Origin: Candidatus Adlerbacteria bacterium RIFCSPHIGHO2_02_FULL_54_18
GTDB lineage: Bacteria > Patescibacteriota > Minisyncoccia > Phycocordibacterales > SBAW01
DNA length: 35,319 nt
NCBI GenBank assembly: GCA_001775445.1
Contig: MEWV01000002.1
Span: 1 to 35,319, forward strand
Direction: 5' to 3'
Shown here piece after piece: positions 9,394 through 19,487 of this stretch (position 1 is its first letter; the number at the start of each line of letters is the position of its first letter). Under the pieces are notes generated by a model. It saw nothing but the letters and a program-made list of their open reading frames with translations. It had not been told where the DNA came from and ran no database searches. The translations under genes and the position numbers were made by a program.

Positions 9394-9960
9394 ATGCATC
9401 AAAAACATATCACCGAGGGGATAGTGCTCGGCAAGCACGGAGTAGGCGAGGCCAATGTGCTGGTGTTGGTGCTGACCGAAGAGCTCGGGCTTCTGCGCGC
9501 CAAAGCAGTAAGCGCGCGGAGGGAGGACTCCAAACTGCGCTACGGGCTCGAAACGCTCTCATGTGGAAGATACTCTTTTGTGCAGGGGAAAAACGGATGG
9601 CGGCTAACCGGTGCCGACAGCGTGTCTCGTGAGTTGTTGTCCGCCGATGCAGTGCGCCGCGCGGCGGCAGGGCGGGTGACACGCCTCCTGCTCCGGCTCG
9701 TACAAGGCGAGGAGGCCTCTGCTCTTTATGCGACGGTTATGGAAGGCCTCCGCGCGCTCGTTTTTAGCGAGCATCCGAATGCAACGGAGGTGGTGTTGGT
9801 GCTAAGGATTCTCTCGCGACTCGGCTATTTGCCGCACACTCCGGCGCTTGAGCCCTTTGTGGACGGGGAGTTCAGTGTTGAGCTCTCTGCCAAAGCACTG
9901 GAATCCCGCGCGCTCCTTATCCGCACCATCAACGAGTCCCTGCAGGCCTCGGGGCTCTAG
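9394..9960 (+). CDS. recO: DNA repair protein RecO (short form)
   Basis: N-terminal OB-fold signature (EGIVLGKHGVGEANVLVLVLTEELGLLRAKA..ARR..SKLRYGLE). At 188 aa it appears to lack a zinc-finger segment. Confidence 0.75.
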   Translation: MHQKHITEGIVLGKHGVGEANVLVLVLTEELGLLRAKAVSARREDSKLRYGLETLSCGRYSFVQGKNGWRLTGADSVSRELLSADAVRRAAAGRVTRLLLRLVQGEEASALYATVMEGLRALVFSEHPNATEVVLVLRILSRLGYLPHTPALEPFVDGEFSVELSAKALESRALLIRTINESLQASGL

Positions 9961-9966
9961 TATACT
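9961..9966 (+). promoter_or_regulatory. -10 box TATACT 6 nt upstream of ATG 9973
   Basis: tatact gtaggg ATG. Confidence 0.35.
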
Positions 9967-9972
9967 GTAGGG

Positions 9973-11898
9973 ATGCACGAGGATAAGAGCGAGGTAGAGC
10001 AGCTTAAGGACAAGCTCTACTCGCGCGGGCAGGAGGGAATTGCACAAGACATCCGCGCTCCGCTTGAGCAAAGCGACGCCTACGCGCCGCCCGTGTGGGA
10101 GGGCGGGTCACTGCTGCGCGGCCCTAAGTCGGCTTTCTATGCGATGCCGGCGGGGGCGAAGATGTCTTTTTCCACCAAGTTTTTAATAGGGTCAGCCGCC
10201 TTTTTTGCGATAGCGGCGGTGGGTGCGACGGTCTTCTTTTTTACCGGGGGAAATTATGTTTCCTCGCAAAACATAGACCTGCAAATTGTGGCACCTCCGC
10301 TTATAAACGGCGGGACGCAGGCCGACCTTCAGTTTATTATCACCAACCGCAATCCGGCCCAGCTGCAACTGGCCGACCTCATCATCACCTATCCGCAAGG
10401 GACACGCGATCCGAAGAACCCTCAAAAGGCCCTCACGCAGGAGCGTATCTCGGTGGGTACGCTCGCCTCCGGCCGGCAGACAAAACTCACGAGCGCGGCA
10501 CTCTTTTACGGCGCGGAGGGTTCGACGCAGACCATCCGTGCAACGCTTCAGTACAGTGTAGAGGGCAGTGTCGCTGTTTTTACCAAAGACGTCAATACGG
10601 AGCTCACGCTCGGCTCCTCGCCGGTCTCGGTCTCGGTCGACGCGCCGTCAGAAATAATCGCAGGGCAGGCGTTCTCATTTATCGTAACTGTTCAGAGCAA
10701 CTCGCAAACGCCGGTTGACGACGTGCTTGTCCAGGCACATTATCCGTTCGGCTTTTCTGTAGACAGCACCAGTCCGCGCGCCGATGCCGGCTCGACCCTC
10801 TGGCGGATAGGTACTATGAGTCCGGGTTCAACGAGGGTAATCAAAGTGACCGGTCGCGTCGATGGTCAAGACGGTGATGAAAAGGTCTTTCGTTTTATTG
10901 CGGGGAGCAGCAAGGACCGCACCGGGGCAAAAGTGGATGTTCCGTTCCTTTCGGTGCCGGCAAGCGTCACCGTCCACCGGCCTTTCATTACCGGTTCGAT
11001 ATCCGTAGACAGCAAGACAGGCGAGAAAATATCCGTCGCCGCGGGAAAAACTCTGCAGGGCACTGTCACGTGGCAGAATAATCTCGCCGACTCGGTCGGC
11101 AACGTGGAACTACGTTTGCATCTGGCGGGGCCCGTAATAGACACGGCATCCATTAAATCGAGCAGCGGCTTCTATCAGTCGGGCGACTCAACAATTGTGT
11201 GGACCTCGGCGCAGGACCCCTCGCTTGCGCTGGTGCCGCCGGGCGGAACAGGAACGCTCTCGTTTTCCTTTGCAACGCTGGTGCCTGGAGCGGGCGGCAC
11301 CGTTTATCAAAACCCCACCGTCGACCTCTCGCTTTCGGTCAGGGGCACGCGCTCCGGAGAGAGCGGAGTCCCCGAGGAGGTGACTTCGAGCGCAAAGACA
11401 CAAGTGGTGCTTTCCTCGGCGGTGTCGCTTGCCGCCACCGCGCTCCATAACACCGGGTCTTTTAATAATCCGGGGATACTGCCTCCGCGCGCGGAGTCGA
11501 CTACCTCCTACGCGATACTCTGGAGTATCCGCAATTCCTCCAACGCCATAGGGAACGCGAGTGTCTCGGTGGTACTACCGTCTTACGTGAGTTTTGTGGC
11601 CGCCGCTGGTGGCACCAATATCGTCTACGATAGTGCGAGCCGTACGGTGCGCTGGACTATAGGCGACATAACGGCAGGTGCGGGCTATACCTCGGCGGCG
11701 CTGCAAGGGACATTTCAAGTTGCTCTTACTCCGAGCTCCTCCCAGGTGGGCGAGGTGCCTGCGCTCACCGGCACTGCCGTTCTTGCGGGCACGGACCGCT
11801 TTGCCCAGGTGGGCATTTCGGCGAGCGCCGAGGCGCCCACGACGCGCCTTTCTGAACCGGGTTTTGTAAACGGAATGGAGGTTGTCGCTCCCCGTTAA
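9973..11898 (+). CDS. membrane-anchored, beta-rich extracytoplasmic protein, function unknown
   Basis: 641 aa with a ~65-aa cytoplasmic N-terminus and one TM helix (FLIGSAAFFAIAAVGATVFFF). It is followed by a long Ser/Thr/Val/Gly-rich region that looks like repeated Ig/CARDB-like sandwiches. Confidence 0.6.
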   Translation: MHEDKSEVEQLKDKLYSRGQEGIAQDIRAPLEQSDAYAPPVWEGGSLLRGPKSAFYAMPAGAKMSFSTKFLIGSAAFFAIAAVGATVFFFTGGNYVSSQNIDLQIVAPPLINGGTQADLQFIITNRNPAQLQLADLIITYPQGTRDPKNPQKALTQERISVGTLASGRQTKLTSAALFYGAEGSTQTIRATLQYSVEGSVAVFTKDVNTELTLGSSPVSVSVDAPSEIIAGQAFSFIVTVQSNSQTPVDDVLVQAHYPFGFSVDSTSPRADAGSTLWRIGTMSPGSTRVIKVTGRVDGQDGDEKVFRFIAGSSKDRTGAKVDVPFLSVPASVTVHRPFITGSISVDSKTGEKISVAAGKTLQGTVTWQNNLADSVGNVELRLHLAGPVIDTASIKSSSGFYQSGDSTIVWTSAQDPSLALVPPGGTGTLSFSFATLVPGAGGTVYQNPTVDLSLSVRGTRSGESGVPEEVTSSAKTQVVLSSAVSLAATALHNTGSFNNPGILPPRAESTTSYAILWSIRNSSNAIGNASVSVVLPSYVSFVAAAGGTNIVYDSASRTVRWTIGDITAGAGYTSAALQGTFQVALTPSSSQVGEVPALTGTAVLAGTDRFAQVGISASAEAPTTRLSEPGFVNGMEVVAPR

Positions 11899-11937
11899 AG
11901 CGGGCACAAAAAGCGAAGTCGTGCTATTTTGGTGATT

Positions 11938-13167
11938 ATGGCTGACCACGAAAGGGTGATGGAAAAAATAGTGTCGCTATGCAAACGCCGCGGGTTTGTC
12001 TACCAAGGGTCCGAAATTTACGGCGGGCTCGCTGGCACGTGGGACTATGGCCCGCTCGGGGCTGAACTTGTGGACAATATCAAAAATTGTTGGTGGAAGA
12101 AGTTTTTATACGACCGTGAGGATATATATAAAATAAATGCCGCGATTTTGATGAACCCCGGCGTGTGGGAAGCGAGCGGACATGTGTCTGGTTTTGCCGA
12201 CCCACTCGCGAGTGGCAAATTATTTAACACGATGTTCAAAACTTCCGCAGGAGCAGGAGAGGATGCAGCTACCGTTTATCTGCGGCCGGAGACTGCGGGC
12301 GGCATTTTTGTAAATTTTAAAAACGTTGTGGACTCTTTTCATCCTAAATTGCCGTTCGGCATCGGCCAAATAGGGAAGGCTTTCCGCAATGAGATAGCGC
12401 CGCGCGATTTTATCTTCCGCGTGCGCGAGCTTGAACAAATGGAGATAGAGTACTTTGTTCGCCCCGAGGAGTGGGAACAAAAGTTTGAAGAATGGAGGAG
12501 GGGTGTACATGAATTTATGGAAATGGTCGGTATTGCAAAAAAATCTGTGCATGAACTCGAGGTGCTGGACGGCGAGCGCGCGCACTACAGCAAGCGCACC
12601 ATCGACTTTGAGTTTGACTTCCCGTTTGGGCGCAAGGAATTGTGCGGTTTGGCGTATCGCACCGACTTTGACCTCTCTGCGCACGAAAAAGCTTCGACTG
12701 TCGAACTAAAATATCAGGACCCCGATACCAACAAAAAGTTTACGCCGCACGTCATTGAGCCGTCATTCGGCGTTGAGCGCACGTTCCTCGCGGTACTTGT
12801 CTCTGCGTACACAGAAGACACTCTCGGCGGCGAGACTCGTGTGTATCTAAAATTTAAGCCGTCAGTTGCTCCAATTAAAGCCGCGGTTTTTCCCCTGCTT
12901 AAGAACAAACCCGAGCTCGTAAATAAAGCGCGCGAGATTTATACGGAGCTTAAAAAAGACATTCCGCAGATTATGTGGGACGACAACGGCAACGTGGGCA
13001 AACGCTACCGCCGCCAAGACGAGATAGGCACACCCTACTGCATCACCATCGATTTTCAGACACTCGAGGATAATACTGTTACAATTCGGGACAGGGACAC
13101 GGGAGAGCAGGAGCGCGTCTCCGCTGCAGATCTCTCCACTACTCTATGGAAAAACTTAAAGACATAA
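11938..13167 (+). CDS. glyQS: glycyl-tRNA synthetase (alpha2 dimer type)
   Basis: RRGFVYQGSEIYGGLAGTWDYGPLG, the motif 2 region YLRPETAGGIFVNF, FRNEIAPRDFIFRVREL and IEPSFGVERT. The ORF track starts at TTG 11929. I prefer ATG 11938, which lies 7 nt after a TGcTATTTT box. Confidence 0.92.
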   Translation: MADHERVMEKIVSLCKRRGFVYQGSEIYGGLAGTWDYGPLGAELVDNIKNCWWKKFLYDREDIYKINAAILMNPGVWEASGHVSGFADPLASGKLFNTMFKTSAGAGEDAATVYLRPETAGGIFVNFKNVVDSFHPKLPFGIGQIGKAFRNEIAPRDFIFRVRELEQMEIEYFVRPEEWEQKFEEWRRGVHEFMEMVGIAKKSVHELEVLDGERAHYSKRTIDFEFDFPFGRKELCGLAYRTDFDLSAHEKASTVELKYQDPDTNKKFTPHVIEPSFGVERTFLAVLVSAYTEDTLGGETRVYLKFKPSVAPIKAAVFPLLKNKPELVNKAREIYTELKKDIPQIMWDDNGNVGKRYRRQDEIGTPYCITIDFQTLEDNTVTIRDRDTGEQERVSAADLSTTLWKNLKT

Positions 13168-14225
13168 ACGTCCACATCACCTCGGGGAGCATCATCACCA
13201 CGCTCCTCTTTTTGACGCTCGCCGCTCTTTTGTGGGTGTTGCGCGACATTGTACTCATTGTGGTGACCGCGGTCGTTATCGCCTCGGCGATGGAGCCGGC
13301 AATACGTTTTATTACCCGCTGGCGCGTCCATCGTATACTCGCAGTCATACTCATATATGTGCTCATGGCAAGCGTCTTTCTTAGCATCCTGCTTGTATTT
13401 GTTCCGCCGTTGCTTGGCGACGCGGCCGACTTTCTTTCGCGCCTGCCTGAAACTCTCTCGGGGTTCAACCTCAATGAGGCGACGCACGGCCTCTTGCCGT
13501 GGGGCAATGTCGGCGACCAAATATCCTCGGCCGACCTCTTGCGCAACATATCCACGACGCTTGCCGACACCACGGGCGGGGTCTTTACCACCGTCTCTGC
13601 CTTCTTTGGCGGTTTGGCCTCTTTTGTCCTTATTGTTGTCTTTTCCTTCTACTTTTCGGTGCAGGAGACGGGCGTGGACGACTTTTTGCGCGTGGTGACG
13701 CCTATCAAGGAGCAGACCTACGTGCTGCATCTTTGGAAGCGCTCTCAAGAAAAGATAGGCAAGTGGATGCAGGGGCAGCTGATGCTTGGCGCTATCGTGG
13801 GGATACTTTTATATTTAGGGCTTACTATTTTAGGCATTCCGAACGCGCTTTTGCTTGCGGTTATCGCAGGGCTCTTTGAACTCATTCCTGTCTTCGGTCA
13901 GATACTCGCGGCCATACCGGCGCTTGCAATCGCTTTTTCCGACGGTGGTCTTACCGCACTCCTGCTCGTTGCCGGGCTCTACATAGTGGTACAGCAGTTT
14001 GAAGCTCATCTTATCTATCCCGTGGTGGTAAAAAAGGTGGTCGGCGTGCCACCGCTTCTGGTCATACTCGCTCTTATCGTAGGAGCCAAACTTGCCGGCT
14101 TTTTGGGAATACTGCTTTCGGTCCCCATCGCCGCGGCGATACAGGAATTTGTTTCCGATATCGACAAGGAAAAGACCCGCGCTCTCACCAAGGCCGGGCT
14201 TGCAGGTGATGACGAAGACGAGTAG
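13146..14225 (+). CDS. AI-2E family (PerM/UPF0118) transporter
   Basis: 359 aa with ~8 TM helices and the family-typical LLAVIAGLFELIPVFGQILAAIPALAIAF. The start overlaps the glyQS end by 22 nt. Confidence 0.85.
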   Translation: MEKLKDINVHITSGSIITTLLFLTLAALLWVLRDIVLIVVTAVVIASAMEPAIRFITRWRVHRILAVILIYVLMASVFLSILLVFVPPLLGDAADFLSRLPETLSGFNLNEATHGLLPWGNVGDQISSADLLRNISTTLADTTGGVFTTVSAFFGGLASFVLIVVFSFYFSVQETGVDDFLRVVTPIKEQTYVLHLWKRSQEKIGKWMQGQLMLGAIVGILLYLGLTILGIPNALLLAVIAGLFELIPVFGQILAAIPALAIAFSDGGLTALLLVAGLYIVVQQFEAHLIYPVVVKKVVGVPPLLVILALIVGAKLAGFLGILLSVPIAAAIQEFVSDIDKEKTRALTKAGLAGDDEDE

Positions 14226-14237
14226 TGTCAGACAGTA

Positions 14238-15665
14238 ATGGCTGAAAAGAATTTTTACGTAACGACACCTATCTTTTATCCAAATGCAAATTTGCATTTG
14301 GGGCATGCGTATGTAACGACCCTGACTGACGTTATTGCACGCTACCATCGGTTAGTAGGGGATACTACGTACTTTCTGACGGGTTCGGATGAAAACACTC
14401 AAAAAATATTGTCGGCTGCGGCAGATGCAGGAGTAACCCCACAGCAATTTTTGGACGACAAGGTTGAGGGTTTTGAGAATCTCTTTAAACAGCTCAATAT
14501 TTCGTATGACCAATTTATTCGCACGAGCGATGAAAAGGTTCATTGGCCAGGCGCAGTTGCTTTATGGAAAAAACTGGATGCGGCGGGTGACTTGTACAAA
14601 AAGCAGTACGAAGGCCTCTACTGTGTGGGCCACGAGGCGTTTATCACCGAAAAAGACCTGGTCGACGGCGCATGCCCCGATCACGGAACCGCACCTGAGC
14701 GCATACAAGAAGAGAACTATTTTTTTAAGCTCTCAAAATATACGCAGACCATTAAAACCAAAATCGAATCAGGCGAACTTTGCATTATACCGGAGTCGCG
14801 CCGGCATGAAATTCTTTCGTTGCTTGCCGAAGGATTGCAAGATGTAAGCTTCTCGCGCCCGCGTACTCCTATGTCAGTCGGAATCCCGGTGCCGGGGGAT
14901 ACTACACAGGTTATGTATGTGTGGTGCGACGCGCTCAGCAACTACATTACGGCGCTTGGTTATGGACAGGATGAGACGCTCTATAAAACATTTTGGCCCG
15001 CCAATGTGCATATTATAGGAAAAGATATTTTACGTTTTCATGCGGCTATGTGGCCCGCGATGCTTCTTTCGGCGGGGGAGCCATTGCCCAAAAGCATTCT
15101 GGTGCATGCCATGATACTCTCCGGTGGACGCAAGATGAGTAAGACGCTGGGGAACATCATCGACCCGCAAGAACTCCTGCAAGAGTACGGCACCGACGCG
15201 GTGCGCTACTTTTTGGCTCGGCACATCTCGCCATTTGAGGACGGAGACATAACTCGCGAGCACTTCAAAGACGCCTATAATGCCGATTTGGCAAACGGGC
15301 TCGGCAACCTGGTCGCCCGCATTATGCAGCTTGCACAAACTCATTTAAGCGCGCCAGTTGAACTGGAGTATAAGCCGTTTCCTAAAGAGTATACTGATGC
15401 GTTTGAACGTTTTGAAATTAATAAAGCCGCCGACCATGTGTGGGGCCGTATCCAAGCGCTCGACCAAAAAATTACCGAGATGGCGCCGTTTAAGGTAGTA
15501 AAGGAAGATGAGGAAAAAGGGAGAGGAATAATTATCGAGCTCGTCGTAGAGCTCGCCTGCATCGACCAAATGCTCGAGCCGATTATGCCGCAGACGAGCA
15601 AAAAAATAATCGACGCTATTATGACGAACAAAAAACCTGAAAATCTCTTCCCCCGCAAAGAATAA
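14238..15665 (+). CDS. metG: methionyl-tRNA synthetase (minimal form without C-terminal tRNA-binding domain)
   Basis: FYVTTPIFYPNANLHLGHAY (HIGH), WCDALSNYITALGY and KMSKTLGN. Length 475 aa. Confidence 0.94.
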   Translation: MAEKNFYVTTPIFYPNANLHLGHAYVTTLTDVIARYHRLVGDTTYFLTGSDENTQKILSAAADAGVTPQQFLDDKVEGFENLFKQLNISYDQFIRTSDEKVHWPGAVALWKKLDAAGDLYKKQYEGLYCVGHEAFITEKDLVDGACPDHGTAPERIQEENYFFKLSKYTQTIKTKIESGELCIIPESRRHEILSLLAEGLQDVSFSRPRTPMSVGIPVPGDTTQVMYVWCDALSNYITALGYGQDETLYKTFWPANVHIIGKDILRFHAAMWPAMLLSAGEPLPKSILVHAMILSGGRKMSKTLGNIIDPQELLQEYGTDAVRYFLARHISPFEDGDITREHFKDAYNADLANGLGNLVARIMQLAQTHLSAPVELEYKPFPKEYTDAFERFEINKAADHVWGRIQALDQKITEMAPFKVVKEDEEKGRGIIIELVVELACIDQMLEPIMPQTSKKIIDAIMTNKKPENLFPRKE

Positions 15666-15688
15666 GTCAGACATCCGATGTCTGACTT
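15664..15688 (+). terminator. perfect 11-bp-stem hairpin overlapping the metG stop codon
   Basis: aagtcagacat ccg atgtctgactt, with arms 15664-15674 and 15678-15688. Only a short T run follows, so its terminator function is uncertain. Confidence 0.35.
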
Positions 15689-15694
15689 TGGAGT

Positions 15695-16456
15695 ATGAAA
15701 CTTTTTGACTCGCATTGCCACCTGCAGATGCCGCAATATGATGCCGATAGGGCAGAGGTTTTGGCGCGCATGCAAGGGGCGGGGATGGGAGCTATTGTCG
15801 TGGGGACCGATTACGAGATGAGCAGGGCGGGGATTGAGCTGGCCGCCAACCACGACTTTTTGTGGGCAAGCGTCGGCTCGCACCCCAATCATGCCGAGGA
15901 GTTTGATAGTGCAAAATTTGAGGAGTTGGCAAAAGATCCAAAAGTGGTAGCAATAGGGGAGTGCGGTTTGGATTACTTTCGTTCTGAAAAGTCGGATGAA
16001 CAAAAAGAAAAATTCGTAAAACAAATTGTGCTCGCCCAAAAACTCCACAAGGCCCTTGTCGTCCATTGTCGCGACGCACACGAGGACATGTTTGACATAC
16101 TCGCCTCTGAGCAAGGTTCGACCTTGCTCAATAAAGTGCCGGTGGTTATGCACTTTTTTACCGGGTCGGCCGAGTTGGCGCAAAAGTATCTCGATTTGGG
16201 CTGCTATCTTTCGTTCCCCGGACCCATTACGTTTACGGATATGTACGATGACTCTATACGTCTCTGCCCGCTTGAAAAGATGCTTATAGAAACCGACGCT
16301 CCCTTTGCGGCACCCGTGCCGCATCGCGGCAAGCGCAACGAGCCAGTATATGTTGAGCATGTCGCGCGCAAAATCGCCGGGCTGAAGGGCTTGGGGTTGG
16401 AGGAGGTTTCCGAGCGCGCCGTAGCGAATGCACAAAAGGTCTTTAATATTGCATAA
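15695..16456 (+). CDS. tatD: TatD-family metal-dependent hydrolase
   Basis: FDSHCHL start, GECGLDY, VVHCRDA and IETDAPF motifs. Length 253 aa. Confidence 0.92.
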   Translation: MKLFDSHCHLQMPQYDADRAEVLARMQGAGMGAIVVGTDYEMSRAGIELAANHDFLWASVGSHPNHAEEFDSAKFEELAKDPKVVAIGECGLDYFRSEKSDEQKEKFVKQIVLAQKLHKALVVHCRDAHEDMFDILASEQGSTLLNKVPVVMHFFTGSAELAQKYLDLGCYLSFPGPITFTDMYDDSIRLCPLEKMLIETDAPFAAPVPHRGKRNEPVYVEHVARKIAGLKGLGLEEVSERAVANAQKVFNIA

Positions 16457-16485
16457 ATAACCCTACTCTGGTAAGGTACTCGGGT

Positions 16486-17013
16486 ATGGCAGAAACAGCG
16501 CATCCTGATACTGAGGCTCGTGCCGAAGTAGAAGGGTCATCCCAAGCGCCAAAAGACATAACACCGGTCTACGAGATCGGCTTTCATATCGTGCCCACCG
16601 TAGGAGAGGAAGGGGTCCCGGCCGTTCTCGACCGTGTCCGCGCTCTCCTCGGCGATGCAGAAATAATTTCAGAAAGTTTTCCTCAAAAGATGACGCTTGC
16701 GTACCGGATAGAGCGCGCGCAGGCAGGAGCCCGCGAAAAGTATACCGAGAGCTACTTCGGTGTCATCAAATTTGCCACTGAGCGCGAGCATCTCTCTGCG
16801 ATAGAAAAAGGGGTGCAGGGCATCCGCGAGGTTATGCGCGTGCTCATCATCGGGACGGTGCGCGAGGACATCACCCAGCACAAACAACGCACGGTCTTTA
16901 GCTCCGATCGGCTTGAGGGCAAAGTGATAGAAAAGCCCGCCGCACAAAAAGAGGTGGCCGTCGAGGTCTCTGAGGAGGAGCTTGATAAGTCGATAGAAGC
17001 GCTTACGGGCTAG
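16486..17013 (+). CDS. rpsF: 30S ribosomal protein S6 (extended N- and C-termini)
   Basis: It sits in the conserved rpsF-ssb-rpsR order. The core (YEIGFHIVPT...LAYRIE...YFGVIKF) is S6-like, and the tail is acidic. Confidence 0.8.
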   Translation: MAETAHPDTEARAEVEGSSQAPKDITPVYEIGFHIVPTVGEEGVPAVLDRVRALLGDAEIISESFPQKMTLAYRIERAQAGAREKYTESYFGVIKFATEREHLSAIEKGVQGIREVMRVLIIGTVREDITQHKQRTVFSSDRLEGKVIEKPAAQKEVAVEVSEEELDKSIEALTG

Positions 17014-17031
17014 CGGTATACTTAAAACTAT

Positions 17032-17475
17032 ATGTATCTCAACAAAGCAATGGTGTTTGGCAACCTAACCCGCGACCCGGAGGTCCGTGCGCTGCCGAGC
17101 GGCGGGCAAGTATGCAGCTTTGGGATCGCGACCAACCGAGTATACAAAAAACCCGATGGCACCAAGCAAGAAGAGGTGGAGTTTCATAACGTCGTCACCT
17201 TTGGCAAGCTCGCTGAGCTCTGCGGCCTCTATCTCAAAAAGGGGAGCAGCGCCTACATAGAGGGGCGGCTCAAAACACGGAGTTGGGAGGGGGAGAAGGG
17301 CAAACAATATAAAACCGAAATTATCGCCGAAGTGGTGCAATTTGGTCCCCGTGCTGCCGGGCAAGGAGCGGCGCCTCGCGGAGCGGAGTCGGCGCCGGCG
17401 GCAGCATCCGCGGCCAAAGAAGACGCAATCGACTATCCGGCGGAAGATATTAACCCTGACGATATACCGTTCTAA
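17032..17475 (+). CDS. ssb: single-stranded DNA-binding protein
   Basis: OB fold ([16 protein letters not shown]...[12 protein letters not shown]...[12 protein letters not shown]), a Gly/Ala-rich linker and the acidic tip DDIPF. Confidence 0.95.
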   Translation: MYLNKAMVFGNLTRDPEVRALPSGGQVCSFGIATNRVYKKPDGTKQEEVEFHNVVTFGKLAELCGLYLKKGSSAYIEGRLKTRSWEGEKGKQYKTEIIAEVVQFGPRAAGQGAAPRGAESAPAAASAAKEDAIDYPAEDINPDDIPF

Positions 17476-17480
17476 AATTT

Positions 17481-17675
17481 ATGAAAAAAGAGTACGTAGC
17501 ACAATTTCAGCATATCGACTATAAGGATATAGAGATGCTTAAAAAATTTCTCAATCCGCACGGCAAGATTATGCCGCGTCGGCGCACAGGACTCAATGCC
17601 TCCAACCAGCGCGCCCTGGCCGAAGCGGTCAAACGCGCGCGTTTTATGGCGCTCCTTCCGTATATTGTTCGGTAG
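17481..17675 (+). CDS. rpsR: 30S ribosomal protein S18
   Basis: [27 protein letters not shown]...[19 protein letters not shown]. Confidence 0.93.
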   Translation: MKKEYVAQFQHIDYKDIEMLKKFLNPHGKIMPRRRTGLNASNQRALAEAVKRARFMALLPYIVR

Positions 17676-17702
17676 AGGCTCCACAAAACTTGTTTTGTCT
17701 CG

Positions 17703-18278
17703 CTAACGCTTGTCCACTCTTTCGACGTACTCGCCGGTTTCGGTGTTTATGCGGACGGTGTCTCCCTCGTTGATAAAGAGGGGAGCGTTGAGTGTCGCGC
17801 CGGTTTCGAGCGTTATAGATTTTGACCCGCCCTGCGCGGTGTTGCCTTTGACCGCGGGCGGGGCCTCGGTGACAGTGAGCTCCATTTTTATTGGAATTTT
17901 GATCCCTATAATCTTGTCATCAAACACCAATGCTTCTACTATCATAGTGGGCTTCATAAACTGCGCACCTGTTCCGATTGTCTCCTCGGATAGCATAAAA
18001 CGGTCTGCGGGGTTTTGTTCGGCACAAAACCATCGTTCGCCTTTGTTGGTGTAGAGATACTTTACGCTCTTGGTCGAGAGGTCGGCCTCGGAGACCTTTT
18101 CCGACACGTGGAACGCCTGCTCGGTTACCTTGCCGGTGATAATGTGTCGCAACTTGGTCTGGTTGACCGGCTTGCGCTGTTGTTTGCGAAAGACATGTGC
18201 GTCGAGCACTTCGTACGGCTGTCCGTCGAGCAGGATCACTTTTCCTTTCAAAATCTCATTATATTCGAGCATTGCCAT
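17703..18278 (-). CDS. efp: elongation factor P
   Basis: MAMLEYNEILKGKVILLDGQPYEVL...KPVNQTKLRHIITGKV.. is typical of the EF-P N-terminus. ORF 17703..18353 was trimmed. The in-frame ATGs at 18290, 18278 and 18272 cannot be distinguished with certainty. A TAGAAT box on the minus strand (18294-18289) favours 18278 or 18272. Confidence 0.88.
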   Translation of the reverse strand: MAMLEYNEILKGKVILLDGQPYEVLDAHVFRKQQRKPVNQTKLRHIITGKVTEQAFHVSEKVSEADLSTKSVKYLYTNKGERWFCAEQNPADRFMLSEETIGTGAQFMKPTMIVEALVFDDKIIGIKIPIKMELTVTEAPPAVKGNTAQGGSKSITLETGATLNAPLFINEGDTVRINTETGEYVERVDKR

Positions 18279-18398
18279 GGACTGAAACATTCTACCTAAA
18301 ATTGCCGTTATATCAAAATGATATGACCGTCGCTCGCGACAAATAGAAAGCAAGCTTTCTTTTGCTTGCTTCGCTAGATCATAGCAATTGAAACACCA

Positions 18399-19004
18399 AT
18401 GATATACAGTGTTGGCATGGAATACCTCTCACTAGAGGAGAAGGGGGAGGGGATGGGCGACGAAGAGGTTCTTGCGGCATCGGTCAAACACCCGTCGCTC
18501 TTTGCTTTTCTTGTGCGCAAGTACGAAGAGCCGTTCCTGCGCAAGGCGCGCTCTATTGTGCGCGAGCAGGAGGCGGCAGAGGATATAGTGCAGGAGTGCT
18601 TTACTAAAATTTATCTCAATGCAGAGAAGTTTAAAAAGCAGGAAGGGGCGCAGTTTTCTTCGTGGGGCTACCGCATACTCATCAACACCGCTCTCACGCA
18701 CTATGCGCGCCACAAGCGACGCGGGCTCTCCGAGTTTGGATTGGATGAAGAAATCTGGGCGCTTATCCCCGACAAGCAGCTGCGGCAGTTTGAAAAGCGG
18801 GAACTGCAAGACCTCGTTGCCTCGGTGCTCTCCCGTATGCCGAGCTCCATGGCCCGTGCGCTCTCACTCTTTTTTATAGAGGGGAAGACGCAGGAAGAGA
18901 TAGCCGCACAAGAAGGGCTTTCGGTTGGGGCGGTTAAAACCCGGGTGCATCGCGCTAAAAAAGAATTCAAAAAAATCTACGAAACTATTACTACTAAGAG
19001 CTAG
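18399..19004 (+). CDS. RNA polymerase sigma factor, sigma-70 family (ECF-like, regions 2 and 4)
   Basis: Region 2 (AEDIVQECFTKIYLN..KF......FSSWGYRILINTA) and region 4 HTH (GKTQEEIAAQEGLSVGAVKTRVHRAKKEF). The start may instead be the ATG at 18417. Confidence 0.85.
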   Translation: MIYSVGMEYLSLEEKGEGMGDEEVLAASVKHPSLFAFLVRKYEEPFLRKARSIVREQEAAEDIVQECFTKIYLNAEKFKKQEGAQFSSWGYRILINTALTHYARHKRRGLSEFGLDEEIWALIPDKQLRQFEKRELQDLVASVLSRMPSSMARALSLFFIEGKTQEEIAAQEGLSVGAVKTRVHRAKKEFKKIYETITTKS

Positions 19005-19015
19005 TTACAAGGTAT

Positions 19016-19336
19016 ATGCAAAGCAAGATAGAACAACAGGTGATGGCTGGGGTGGGAGTGATATATGCTACCCGTCAGTTGGTAAGTGCCACTGCGCTCA
19101 AACTCTACGTCTGTGCGCTCTCGCTCTATGGGCTCGCTCAGCTGGTATGGGTCGCCCGCGTGTGGGAGAATTTCTCGCAGGTTGGGCTGCAACACTCGTT
19201 GCAGTTTGTTCTCTCGGCAGTACTGAACACCCATCTGCCGGTCCAAATCGCTCTCTCGGTGCTTATATTTGTGGGCTTCTCGTTACTCCTCGACTTCGTC
19301 CGCAGCACTTTCTCACCTCGTACACTTTCATATTAA
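19016..19336 (+). CDS. small membrane protein, possible anti-sigma partner
   Basis: 106 aa with 2-3 hydrophobic helices, 11 nt downstream of the sigma gene. The function is inferred from position only. Confidence 0.5.
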   Translation: MQSKIEQQVMAGVGVIYATRQLVSATALKLYVCALSLYGLAQLVWVARVWENFSQVGLQHSLQFVLSAVLNTHLPVQIALSVLIFVGFSLLLDFVRSTFSPRTLSY

Positions 19337-19337
19337 G

Positions 19338-19368
19338 TTGCAGAAAACCCTTATTTGTGGTATATAAT
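19338..19368 (+). promoter_or_regulatory. sigma-70-like promoter upstream of the DGR target gene
   Basis: TTGCAG (19338-19343), then a 17-nt spacer ending in tgg, then TATATA/TATAAT (19361-19368), an extended -10-like arrangement. The predicted leader is ~110 nt and ends in AAGGAG (19474-19479), 8 nt before the ATG. Confidence 0.5.
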
Positions 19369-19487
19369 TTACGTTAGTTCATTGATAGGGAATCAGCTAT
19401 TCAGCCGTAGCGAAAAGCGTCTTTAGGGGCTCTTTCCGCTGCGGCAGAACCATTCCGGTATAGCCGAGCAACCAAGGAGACATCGTC

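Noticed and set aside
15341-16435. 364-aa minus-strand ORF
   Set aside because: It is antisense to tatD and the metG end, both of which have strong motifs.
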